From: an uncultured Gammaproteobacteria bacterium
Lineage (GTDB): Bacteria > Patescibacteriota > Patescibacteriia > 2-01-FULL-39-33
DNA: 52,646 nt
Assembly: GCA_964573235.1 (NCBI GenBank)
Contig: CAZNIV010000004.1
Span: 1-52,646, forward strand
Reading direction: 5' to 3'
Shown here: in pieces, positions 28,799-35,183 of the stretch
Layout: each line of letters begins with the position of its first letter
Numbering within the stretch: position 1 is the stretch's first letter
The notes under the pieces: generated by a model
The model's database searches: none
What the model saw: the letters and a program-made list of their open reading frames with translations, nothing else
Told to the model about the DNA's origin: nothing
Translations under genes and position numbers: made by a program

Positions 28799-28826
28799 CC
28801 CCGTGCCAGCAAGGCGCGGGGTTTTT
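28799..28826. terminator. Strong bidirectional terminator shared by convergent units
   Basis: CCCCGTGCC-AGCAA-GGCGCGGGG (9 bp, one G-U pair) followed by TTTTT, with a C-run on the other side. Confidence 0.75.
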
Positions 28827-28831
28827 ATTTA

Positions 28832-29254
28832 TTATGGCGTTTGACCAGTTGCTTCTTTGCCGGTGTTTTGACCAAGATTAGCTTTAATATTATTAATCAC
28901 AAAAGTGGCAATAATATAAGAAGACATTATGATAACTATGCCAATAACTGCTGCGCTAATAGTGGCTTTAGCTTTTTTAATTTTGTCTTCATCATCCATA
29001 GCCGTCATCCAATTCCAGCCCGCCCAAAGGATTAACAGAATTAAAATTATACTAAGAAAGCCTAATACAAAACTTACTAATTTACCAATTACAGTAACCA
29101 GATCTGCTTTAGCAAGTCCATTGCCGGCAATATCAAGATTAGCTATTGTTTTATCGGTAGCACCAGCTGCTCCGCAAAAAGGAGCAATTAAAAAGAATAA
29201 AGAAAAAAGAGACAATGAGATTAAAATATGGGTAATAATTTTTTTATTTTTCAT
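28832..29254 (-). CDS. VirB2/TrbC-like two-helix pilin-like protein, paralog 6 of 6
   Basis: Start trimmed to MKNKKIITHILISL (signal peptide). Core: ILLILWAGWNWMTAMDDEDKIKKAKATISAAVIGIVIIMSSYIIATFVI. Confidence 0.7.
   Translation of the reverse strand: MKNKKIITHILISLSLFSLFFLIAPFCGAAGATDKTIANLDIAGNGLAKADLVTVIGKLVSFVLGFLSIILILLILWAGWNWMTAMDDEDKIKKAKATISAAVIGIVIIMSSYIIATFVINNIKANLGQNTGKEATGQTP
28967..29037. repeat. 71-nt block nearly identical to 29451-29521 (3 mismatches)
   Basis: Hand alignment of paralogs 6 and 5 over the segment encoding WAGWNWMTAMDDEDKIKKAK. The flanks are much more diverged. Confidence 0.8.
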
Positions 29255-29264
29255 AGTATTAATT

Positions 29265-29729
29265 TTAGTAAATCGCTTTAGAATTGTTGTCGTTAATATT
29301 TTGAAGGGTGTCATCCATGTTTTTTTGTAAAGCCTTATTATCGACTTCGATAGGATATAAATTTGATCCAGCGCTATTGATAATAAAACTAACAATGGCG
29401 TAAGCAGATAATATTATTACCATGCCAATAACCGCTGCTGTAATGGTGCTTTTAGCTTTTTTAATTTTGTCTTCATCGTCCATGGCTGTCATCCAATTCC
29501 AGCCCGCCCAAAGGATTAACAAAACAAGTATTATAGCTAAAAAGCCCAAAGCCCAATTAATAATATTGATAATAATTGTTGTCAGTTCGTTAGTGTTTTG
29601 ACCAGTTCCTGCCAGCCCCGAAGCCGTTTTGAAGGCGTCTATTGGCTCAACGGCAAAGATAGGGTTAATAATGGTAAAAAAGCCGATGAGCAATAAAAAT
29701 GGGATTAAATATTGAGCTATTTTTTTCAT
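29265..29729 (-). CDS. VirB2/TrbC-like two-helix pilin-like protein, paralog 5 of 6
   Basis: Start trimmed to MKKIAQYLIPFLLLIG (signal peptide). Core: VLLILWAGWNWMTAMDDEDKIKKAKSTITAAVIGMVIILSAYAIVSFII. Confidence 0.7.
   Translation of the reverse strand: MKKIAQYLIPFLLLIGFFTIINPIFAVEPIDAFKTASGLAGTGQNTNELTTIIINIINWALGFLAIILVLLILWAGWNWMTAMDDEDKIKKAKSTITAAVIGMVIILSAYAIVSFIINSAGSNLYPIEVDNKALQKNMDDTLQNINDNNSKAIY
29451..29521. repeat. Partner of the 71-nt near-identical block at 28967-29037
   Basis: Same as above; the two copies lie 484 nt apart in the same orientation. Confidence 0.8.
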
Positions 29730-29745
29730 AGCAATTTGATATGTT

Positions 29746-30141
29746 TTATTTAGTAACTTGACCAATCGATTGAATTACAAAAGTGGCAATAATATAAGCA
29801 CTTAACATAATGATTACGCCAATGACTCCCTTTTTAATAGTTTCTTTGGCTTCATCGATTTTTTTACTGTCATCTCCCGCGGTCATCCATTCAAAACCAG
29901 CCTTGATGATTAATAAAAAAAGTAAAACACCAATTAAGCCAATAATAACATTGATGGTAAAACTAACGATTTCAAAAAAACCTGTTTGGCCGGTTAATCC
30001 GCTATTACCATAAGCTACGCTTACCTTGTCTAGTCCTTGACCCAATGGATTTTCTTCAGGAGCGCCCTCTGCGAAAACCAACCCAGGTGCAAGCAGGAGT
30101 ATCGTTAAAAAAAAATAGTTAATGGTTTCCTTTATCTTCAT
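29746..30141 (-). CDS. VirB2/TrbC-like two-helix pilin-like protein, paralog 4 of 6
   Basis: Signal peptide MKIKETINYFFLTILLLAPGLVFA. Core: FLLIIKAGFEWMTAGDDSKKIDEAKETIKKGVIGVIIMLSAYIIATFVI. Confidence 0.7.
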   Translation of the reverse strand: MKIKETINYFFLTILLLAPGLVFAEGAPEENPLGQGLDKVSVAYGNSGLTGQTGFFEIVSFTINVIIGLIGVLLFLLIIKAGFEWMTAGDDSKKIDEAKETIKKGVIGVIIMLSAYIIATFVIQSIGQVTK

Positions 30142-30183
30142 ATAGTTGTTAAGCCACTTATTTAAAATGGATTAACAACTATA
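30141..30183 (-). promoter_or_regulatory. 12-bp perfect inverted repeat abutting the paralog-4 start codon
   Basis: TATAGTTGTTAA (30141-30152) and TTAACAACTATA (30172-30183) with a 19-nt spacer. On the mRNA the 3' arm ends at the A of ATG 30141. No Shine-Dalgarno is visible. Confidence 0.45.
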
Positions 30184-30215
30184 TACCAAGAAAGGCCATT
30201 GGCCAGTCTTGGTAT
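30183..30215 (-). terminator. Hairpin directly after the paralog-3 stop (terminator-like, no clear U-tract)
   Basis: ATACCAAGA / TCTTGGTAT 9-bp stem with a 15-nt loop containing GGCCATTGGCC. Confidence 0.4.
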
Positions 30216-30223
30216 AGTAGTAA

Positions 30224-30631
30224 CTAGTTAGTAGCTCCGGTGAAATTAGCAATATTGGAGATGACGAAAGCGGCAATACTCCAAGAGGCAAGAATGATTA
30301 CCAAGCCAATAATACCGTTTTTCATTAAATCCTGAGCTTTTTTAACTTTGTCTTCGTCGCCCATAGCGGTCATCCAGATGAAGCCGGCCCATAGGATCAA
30401 CAAAACAGCGATCAAAGTTAAGAAACCAAGAATCCAATTAATAAAGTTTTTAACAAGAGTAATTAAATCTGTGTTTTGAGACACATTAATGCCAGTAGAC
30501 ATGTTACCTCTGTCGTAGTTAGTAGGAATAGTGGTCTGAGCATTTGCGCTCAATACAGGAACGATAACTAAAGCGGCCAAAGCCAAAGAAATGACAGTAG
30601 CAGCGATCTTTTTAATGGTTGTTTTTTTCAT
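30224..30631 (-). CDS. VirB2/TrbC-like two-helix pilin-like protein, paralog 3 of 6 (candidate major subunit)
   Basis: ATG 30631 lies 5 nt after a GGGGGUG Shine-Dalgarno; the track's TTG start at 30649 was rejected. Signal peptide ends ...VLSANA. Core: VLLILWAGFIWMTAMGDEDKVKKAQDLMKNGIIGLVIILASWSIAAFVI. Confidence 0.75.
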   Translation of the reverse strand: MKKTTIKKIAATVISLALAALVIVPVLSANAQTTIPTNYDRGNMSTGINVSQNTDLITLVKNFINWILGFLTLIAVLLILWAGFIWMTAMGDEDKVKKAQDLMKNGIIGLVIILASWSIAAFVISNIANFTGATN

Positions 30632-30682
30632 TATTTCACCCCCTTTCAAAATAGATTTTCAGTGAATTCATCACTGCTGTAT

Positions 30683-30711
30683 ATTATACTATATACCGCT
30701 TGGTTAAGCAA
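30683..30711 (-). promoter_or_regulatory. Dedicated promoter of paralog 3
   Basis: On the minus strand: TTGCTT (30711-30706), 17-nt spacer, TATAAT (30688-30683). Confidence 0.6.
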
Positions 30712-30718
30712 AATTAAT

Positions 30719-31072
30719 TTATACTTTAGGTGCAACAAAAAAGTCTAAGATAAAATTAATAATGGCGTAAGAGGCAAACAAAACAAATAAGCCGATAACT
30801 GCCCATTTCATCATATCCTTACCTTTAGTAATTCTTTTTTCATCGCCCTGAGATAAAATCCATTCCAAAGACCCCCAGACAAAAGCGATCAAGGCTAAGA
30901 TACCAGCCGAACCAATAGCGCCACTAATTAAGATGCTGGCAGCTCCAGCTAAATCCATAGTATTAGAGCCTAACGGATTGTTTAATTTGGAAGCAGGAGC
31001 CTGAGCTAGAATAGCAGACGGCATTATTAAAAATAAGGTGATTAAATAAAAATAATGTTTTTGTTTTTTCAT
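30719..31072 (-). CDS. VirB2/TrbC-like two-helix pilin-like protein, paralog 2 of 6
   Basis: Signal peptide MKKQKHYFYLITLFLIMPSAILAQA. Core: LIAFVWGSLEWILSQGDEKRITKGKDMMKWAVIGLFVLFASYAIINFIL. Confidence 0.65.
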   Translation of the reverse strand: MKKQKHYFYLITLFLIMPSAILAQAPASKLNNPLGSNTMDLAGAASILISGAIGSAGILALIAFVWGSLEWILSQGDEKRITKGKDMMKWAVIGLFVLFASYAIINFILDFFVAPKV

Positions 31073-31085
31073 ATGGTGGTTAAAA

Positions 31086-31625
31086 TTATTGCTTTACTTC
31101 AGGTATTTTATTTAAATTAGAGCAGGTTGTAGACCAACCAGTTATTTGAAATGGCTGAGCTTCACCAGCGCCATCGCTTAGTTGAATCTCATTTTTATTT
31201 GCACTTCCCCCAGCTAAAATGGTCATTATAGTATTAACAATTACCCAAGCTAATAAAACAATAAATAAACCGATTACGACCGCGACCATCATTTCTTTGG
31301 CCCACTTAATTCTCGCTTCATTGCCGTAAGAGGTGATCATAATAAAACCGGCCCAAATAAAGCCAATAACCGCTAAGACGCCACTTAAATAAACAATTAA
31401 ATTAGTAATGCCAATAATTAAACCGATCATGTCGCATAAAGTGCAGTTGCCACATTTAAAACAAGCCTCACCTAAGCCAGATAACAAATAGGGGCTAGCG
31501 GTGGTAGGTTTGGTTGTTTGTGTTTTACAGTCAGTAGATTGAGCAAAGACCCCAGATAGAGCTGGCAACAATAGACCAGCAGTAATAAGAGTAATGACAA
31601 ATATTTTTTTTAGGCCGTTTTTCAT
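31086..31625 (-). CDS. VirB2/TrbC-like two-helix pilin-like protein, paralog 1 of 6 (Cys-rich, extended variant)
   Basis: Signal peptide; six Cys (TDC, ACFKCGNCTLCD, TTCS). Core: VIGFIWAGFIMITSYGNEARIKWAKEMMVAVVIGLFIVLLAWVIVNTIM. The ATG overlaps the stop of the upstream solute-binding protein (SBP) gene. Confidence 0.65.
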   Translation of the reverse strand: MKNGLKKIFVITLITAGLLLPALSGVFAQSTDCKTQTTKPTTASPYLLSGLGEACFKCGNCTLCDMIGLIIGITNLIVYLSGVLAVIGFIWAGFIMITSYGNEARIKWAKEMMVAVVIGLFIVLLAWVIVNTIMTILAGGSANKNEIQLSDGAGEAQPFQITGWSTTCSNLNKIPEVKQ

Positions 31626-33016
31626 TATTTTAGGCTTTGGTTTATTTTAGATAAAGCGTTTTCTATAAAGAGAGTAAACTTTTCTCCCATTGGTAAATTA
31701 ACTAGATTATCTATCATTTCATTGTAAGCACTTTCGGCGGCTTGAGGATTTTTGCCTGTATACCAATTTTTAGCCGACAAAGTTTGACCGACAGCGGCCA
31801 CGGTATCTTCATTTTGGGTTTGAGAATCTAGTAAACTGCGTAAAGCAGCGGGGCGATTTGTTTTAGCTAAATATTTAGTCGCTTCTTTTTCACTGGCCGA
31901 AAAAATAACAAAATCCCAAGCCTCATTAGGGTATTTACTCTTTTTAGCAACAGATTGTAGCCAGTAGCTAGCATAGTTTACCGGATAAAAGGCATCAATT
32001 TGAGGTATTTTGGCGGTACCAAAATTTAATCGAGGTGCCTGACCGCGGATGGTAGGAATATCATAGTTATAGCCAAAAGTATAGCCCACTTTGCCGTTGT
32101 AAAATGCTTGCAAAGAATTAGGCATGTCTTTATTCCAAGTATAGACCGCTCTAACGGGATTAGAAAAATCTAAATAAAAGTTAATGGCGTCTAATCCGGG
32201 ATTAGAGCGATTAATGGTGTTCTTAGTAAAATTAACTGAGCCATTTTCATCTATCGGGGATAAGCCAAACTGGGCCATGTTTTGCATCATGATAATTGAA
32301 GCAACGTCAAAGCAACGATTAACGTTAGTGCACGTTCCCATGGCCGTTCCGGCCTGAATAATATTGCTCTTGTTGTCAATTTGTTTCATTTTTGTGACAT
32401 GCTCTTGAAAATCTTTCCAAGTAAAAGCAGGCTGGGCAATATTGGCACTATTCATAATATCTTTATTATAAAACAACACCAATGATTCTACGCTTAGGGG
32501 CAAGCCATAAACCTGATTATTTAATAAAATATCTTTATAAACCGCATCAGGATAATTGGTTTTTAGCTGAAGTAAAGTGGGGCTATTTTTGGCCACGGTG
32601 CGATAAATCACCTGCTTTTGAATGGTTCCCTCTTCAAAGCGATAAGCCATTTCAATGGTGCTTGGCATTGGTGCTAGTTTGGTTTCGTATTTTTGTACCC
32701 AATCATTATGAATGGTGTAAATATCTGGCCCACGATCTTCGGCAAAAGCATTTAATAAGGCTTGCTCATATTCATCAAAGCGAAATTTGCGGTAGTTAAT
32801 AGTAATATTTGGGTGTAGTGTTTGATAATCTTTAATAATATCAGTAAAAGCGTCGGCGTCATCCCAAAGGCTCCAATAATTTAAGGTAATTGGTTGCATT
32901 TTGCTTTGGGTTTTAGCATCGGTTAATTTACAGCCGAAGCCACTGGTTAACACAAAAACACCAACCAAAAATAAGCTGGTTAGTTGAAAAAAACTTTTGA
33001 CCTTAAGTTTATTCAT
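31625..33016 (-). CDS. Extracellular solute-binding lipoprotein (sugar-type ABC substrate-binding protein family), orphan
   Basis: Start trimmed to MNKLKVKSFF...LTSGFG-C (lipobox). SBP family 1-like features (ITLNYWSLWDD..., GPDIYTIHNDW, LVLFYNKD). No permease or ATPase gene is adjacent. Confidence 0.85.
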   Translation of the reverse strand: MNKLKVKSFFQLTSLFLVGVFVLTSGFGCKLTDAKTQSKMQPITLNYWSLWDDADAFTDIIKDYQTLHPNITINYRKFRFDEYEQALLNAFAEDRGPDIYTIHNDWVQKYETKLAPMPSTIEMAYRFEEGTIQKQVIYRTVAKNSPTLLQLKTNYPDAVYKDILLNNQVYGLPLSVESLVLFYNKDIMNSANIAQPAFTWKDFQEHVTKMKQIDNKSNIIQAGTAMGTCTNVNRCFDVASIIMMQNMAQFGLSPIDENGSVNFTKNTINRSNPGLDAINFYLDFSNPVRAVYTWNKDMPNSLQAFYNGKVGYTFGYNYDIPTIRGQAPRLNFGTAKIPQIDAFYPVNYASYWLQSVAKKSKYPNEAWDFVIFSASEKEATKYLAKTNRPAALRSLLDSQTQNEDTVAAVGQTLSAKNWYTGKNPQAAESAYNEMIDNLVNLPMGEKFTLFIENALSKINQSLK

Positions 33017-33037
33017 AGAGGATAAGTAATTGACTAT

Positions 33038-33067
33038 ATTATAACATTGAATATTATCTTCATGCAA
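33038..33067 (-). promoter_or_regulatory. Promoter of the SBP / pilin-like operon
   Basis: On the minus strand: TTGCAT (33067-33062), 18-nt spacer, TATAAT (33043-33038). It lies inside the rejected N-terminal extension of the track ORF. Confidence 0.5.
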
Positions 33068-33100
33068 ATAAGGTGACTAATAAATTAAATGAGCCCATTG

Positions 33101-34024
33101 TTAGGCAATGGCTAATTTTTTGTTATGAAGATGTGATTTAAAGAAAAAATAACCGACGACGCCAAAGGTGGTGATTGGTGAAATGTAGTTTGGTATTTCA
33201 AGGCCAAAACTATCTAAAAGCATAATGATACCTAAAAATAAAACCGAGTACATGGCGCCATTTTTAAGATAAATATATTTTTTTATATTATCAATATTGC
33301 CCACAGTGATTTGTCTGACGACAATTGCCCCTAAGCCATTGCCAATTAAAATAATCGGTACGGATAAAGTAAATGCAAAAGCGCCTAAAACACCATCAAT
33401 AGAGAAAGTAGCATCAATTACTTCTAGATATAATATTTTAGCGATGTCAGAGGCGCCACTAGATTTGCTTAACATTTTTTTCTCGGCCACCTCGGCATTC
33501 TGTTTAAAGCCGTGAGTAATAAAAAAGGCGGTAGAGCCAGTAACCGCACCAAGAGCCAATAGTGGGTTGATTTGGCCCGCCAAATAGACAGTTACCAGTA
33601 AAATAATAGAAACAATGGCATAAAACCAAGCCCCTTGAGAGGCAAAAAACTTTTCTCCGGGTAAGCCAAATGCTTTATCTTCCAAAAAGAGCCAATGAAA
33701 AAATAGGAACACTAAAAAGATACCACCACCAATAAGTAAAATTGGAGCGGATTGTTCTATGGCATGAATAACTGACGGATCATTAGAAAAGGTGGCGGTT
33801 AAAGCACCAATGACTCCTAATTTAGGATTAACTGCCCAGACAATAGCCCAGGGTAATAGACCTCGTACTACAAACACAGCAAAAATAATACCCCAAACCA
33901 AAAACCATTGGCGATATTTAGGCTTCATGGTTTGTAGAACATCAGCGTTGATAATGGCGTTATCAATACTGCAAATAACTTCAAACAAGCATAGCCCAGC
34001 GATCATGAGAAGTAGAGAAAACAT
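33101..34024 (-). CDS. TerC/DUF475-like integral membrane protein
   Basis: 307 aa, multi-pass, with N-terminal EVICSIDNAIINADVL resembling the DUF475/TerC-type motif. Confidence 0.65.
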   Translation of the reverse strand: MFSLLLMIAGLCLFEVICSIDNAIINADVLQTMKPKYRQWFLVWGIIFAVFVVRGLLPWAIVWAVNPKLGVIGALTATFSNDPSVIHAIEQSAPILLIGGGIFLVFLFFHWLFLEDKAFGLPGEKFFASQGAWFYAIVSIILLVTVYLAGQINPLLALGAVTGSTAFFITHGFKQNAEVAEKKMLSKSSGASDIAKILYLEVIDATFSIDGVLGAFAFTLSVPIILIGNGLGAIVVRQITVGNIDNIKKYIYLKNGAMYSVLFLGIIMLLDSFGLEIPNYISPITTFGVVGYFFFKSHLHNKKLAIA

Positions 34025-34073
34025 AATGAAATAAGTTATTAAGTGATTGCTGTATTATAATATATTTTAGACA

Positions 34074-34113
34074 AAATAAAAAGATCGCCTAAGCACACAG
34101 GGTGTGCACTTAG
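34074..34113 (-). terminator. Terminator-like hairpin after the 84-aa gene
   Basis: CTAAGCACAC / GTGTGC(AC)TTAG 10-bp stem with a 2-nt bulge. A T-rich run (CTTTTTATTTT) follows on the minus strand. Confidence 0.45.
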
Positions 34114-34127
34114 ACGACCAGATGACC

Positions 34128-34382
34128 TTAGGCCATTTTTTTTGCGGGTTGTTGCCCCGCGAGAGTTTGTCTCATGGCGTTATAGGCAGGAATTGGATCG
34201 TGGACCATCGGACCGCCCACATGGGTGGGGATGTTATGACGGCGGGGAATTTTGTGCACTTGGTTGTGGGCGCTGAATCTTTTTTCCATGCGGGAACCTA
34301 TGGTGGAAGTTCCTTCTTCACTCCCCAGGTCCGCTTTTTTTTCATTGCTCACAATTCGAGTTATTGGACGGTGATGATTCAT
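34128..34382 (-). CDS. Small soluble His/Pro-rich orphan protein (84 aa)
   Basis: ATG 34382 lies 8 nt after GGAGGAAG. It has its own promoter and terminator and is GC-rich. No family recognised. Confidence 0.5.
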   Translation of the reverse strand: MNHHRPITRIVSNEKKADLGSEEGTSTIGSRMEKRFSAHNQVHKIPRRHNIPTHVGGPMVHDPIPAYNAMRQTLAGQQPAKKMA

Positions 34383-34435
34383 GGGCACTTCCTCCACTTT
34401 TCTTGTTGCTTGTTATTAAAAAGGGCAAATAAAAC

Positions 34436-34492
34436 GGACCAATTTGGTCCATTCGTGCCTATAATAATAGCACCATTTATCGTTTTTGTCAA
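34436..34492 (-). promoter_or_regulatory. Promoter plus downstream palindrome of the 84-aa gene
   Basis: On the minus strand: TTGACA (34492-34487), 17-nt spacer, TATTAT (34469-34464). The palindrome GGACCAA-A-TTGGTCC (34450-34436) follows just after the predicted transcription start. Confidence 0.5.
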
Positions 34493-34560
34493 TAGTGATA
34501 GTTGTAAATTGAAAATAAAATTGCTATATTTAGCCAATAATATAAACAGTGATGGCGAGA

Positions 34561-34586
34561 TAAAAAGACGCGTCACAAGACGCGTC
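34561..34586 (-). terminator. Intrinsic terminator of the 133-aa gene
   Basis: GACGCGTC-ACAA-GACGCGTC hairpin followed on the minus strand by TTTTTA, 10 nt after the stop. Confidence 0.6.
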
Positions 34587-34595
34587 GGGTGGCTG

Positions 34596-34997
34596 TTAGG
34601 TTTTTATATTTTCCATCTTGATAAATGGACGGCCGTCTTTCTTAAGAAGGGTTAGTTGCACGGTGGGGTTTTTGACTGTGTTTGCCGGTGGCAAATATTG
34701 CATTTGGGCATAAACAGACTTAAGATTCCCCAGGTGACCTTCCAAAAAATTAATGATAATAGTTCGGTGGTTTTCGCTAGCCAGAAAGACCCCATTTTTT
34801 TTGGGATCAATGACGATAAGGGTTTTTTTGCCACACCCTTTGTCGCCAACTTCACTGAGACTAATTGACCACTCGGTTTCGTTGCTGATTTTCACCTGAC
34901 AGTAGCGAGATGGTTTTTTCAGTCGTTTGCCGATAATAACCAAGGCGGTTATGACTAGCAGACAGAGCACCAATAAACAGGTGGTTGTTGGGTTCAC
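34596..34997 (-). CDS. Membrane-anchored orphan protein (133 aa)
   Basis: GTG 34997 lies 7 nt after AAAGGAGG. N-terminal TM (CLLVLCLLVITALVIIG) followed by a roughly 100-aa domain. GC-rich; no family recognised. Confidence 0.5.
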   Translation of the reverse strand: MNPTTTCLLVLCLLVITALVIIGKRLKKPSRYCQVKISNETEWSISLSEVGDKGCGKKTLIVIDPKKNGVFLASENHRTIIINFLEGHLGNLKSVYAQMQYLPPANTVKNPTVQLTLLKKDGRPFIKMENIKT

Positions 34998-35044
34998 GAT
35001 CGCCTCCTTTAGTGGGTTGTTATAAAAGGTGCTTTGATATATCA

Positions 35045-35073
35045 ACTCTAGTATAAATTTAGGTTTTTGTAAA
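35045..35073 (-). promoter_or_regulatory. Candidate promoter of the 133-aa gene
   Basis: On the minus strand: TTTACA (35073-35068), 17-nt spacer, TAGAGT (35050-35045). Confidence 0.35.
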
Positions 35074-35084
35074 TACAAATTTAA

Positions 35085-35110
35085 AAGCCTCAGCATATTG
35101 GCCGAGGCTT
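35085..35110 (-). terminator. Hairpin, possible terminator of the 146-aa gene
   Basis: AAGCCTC / GAGGCTT 7-bp stem with a 12-nt loop. TTTAAATTT follows on the minus strand. Confidence 0.35.
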
Positions 35111-35117
35111 GATGATG

Positions 35118-35171
35118 AAGGAGTAGGTCGCCCCGGCAGATTTGCCCGACAGCGTTTGCGACCTACTCCTT
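35118..35171 (-). other. 14-bp perfect inverted repeat (long stem-loop) in the 3' UTR of the 146-aa gene
   Basis: AAGGAGTAGGTCGC (35118-35131) and GCGACCTACTCCTT (35158-35171) with a 26-nt GC-rich loop. It lies 13 nt from the stop codon. Confidence 0.6.
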
Positions 35172-35183
35172 GGGAGGAACCAG

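Noticed and set aside
28832-31625. CRISPR array or noncoding tandem repeat, as an explanation for the periodic similarity
   Set aside because: The periodicity is about 400-540 nt and matches whole protein-coding paralogs in frame. There are no short direct repeats with unique spacers.
28832-33067. Long N-terminal extensions of track ORFs (28832-29395, 29265-29765, 30224-30649, 31625-33067) and the plus-strand ORFs 28841-29035, 28929-29330, 29810-30013 and 32482-32799
   Set aside because: The extensions overlap the upstream paralog or a promoter and precede obvious signal peptides, so starts were trimmed to the Met that begins the signal peptide. The plus-strand ORFs are antisense shadows.
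34025-34127. yybP-ykoY (Mn2+) riboswitch upstream of the TerC/DUF475-like gene, and the GGAGUAG-containing stem at 35118-35171 as a displaced copy
   Set aside because: The 103-nt leader contains only a hairpin and an AT-rich promoter, with no GGGGAGUAG...GACCUUU core. The 35118 element is a perfect hairpin, not the four-way junction, and it precedes an unrelated gene.
34104-34655. 183-aa plus-strand ORF across the GC-rich islet
   Set aside because: It runs antisense through the 84-aa gene, its promoter and the terminator of the next gene. The product is Phe/His/Cys-rich and implausible. The minus-strand genes have a Shine-Dalgarno, a promoter and a terminator.
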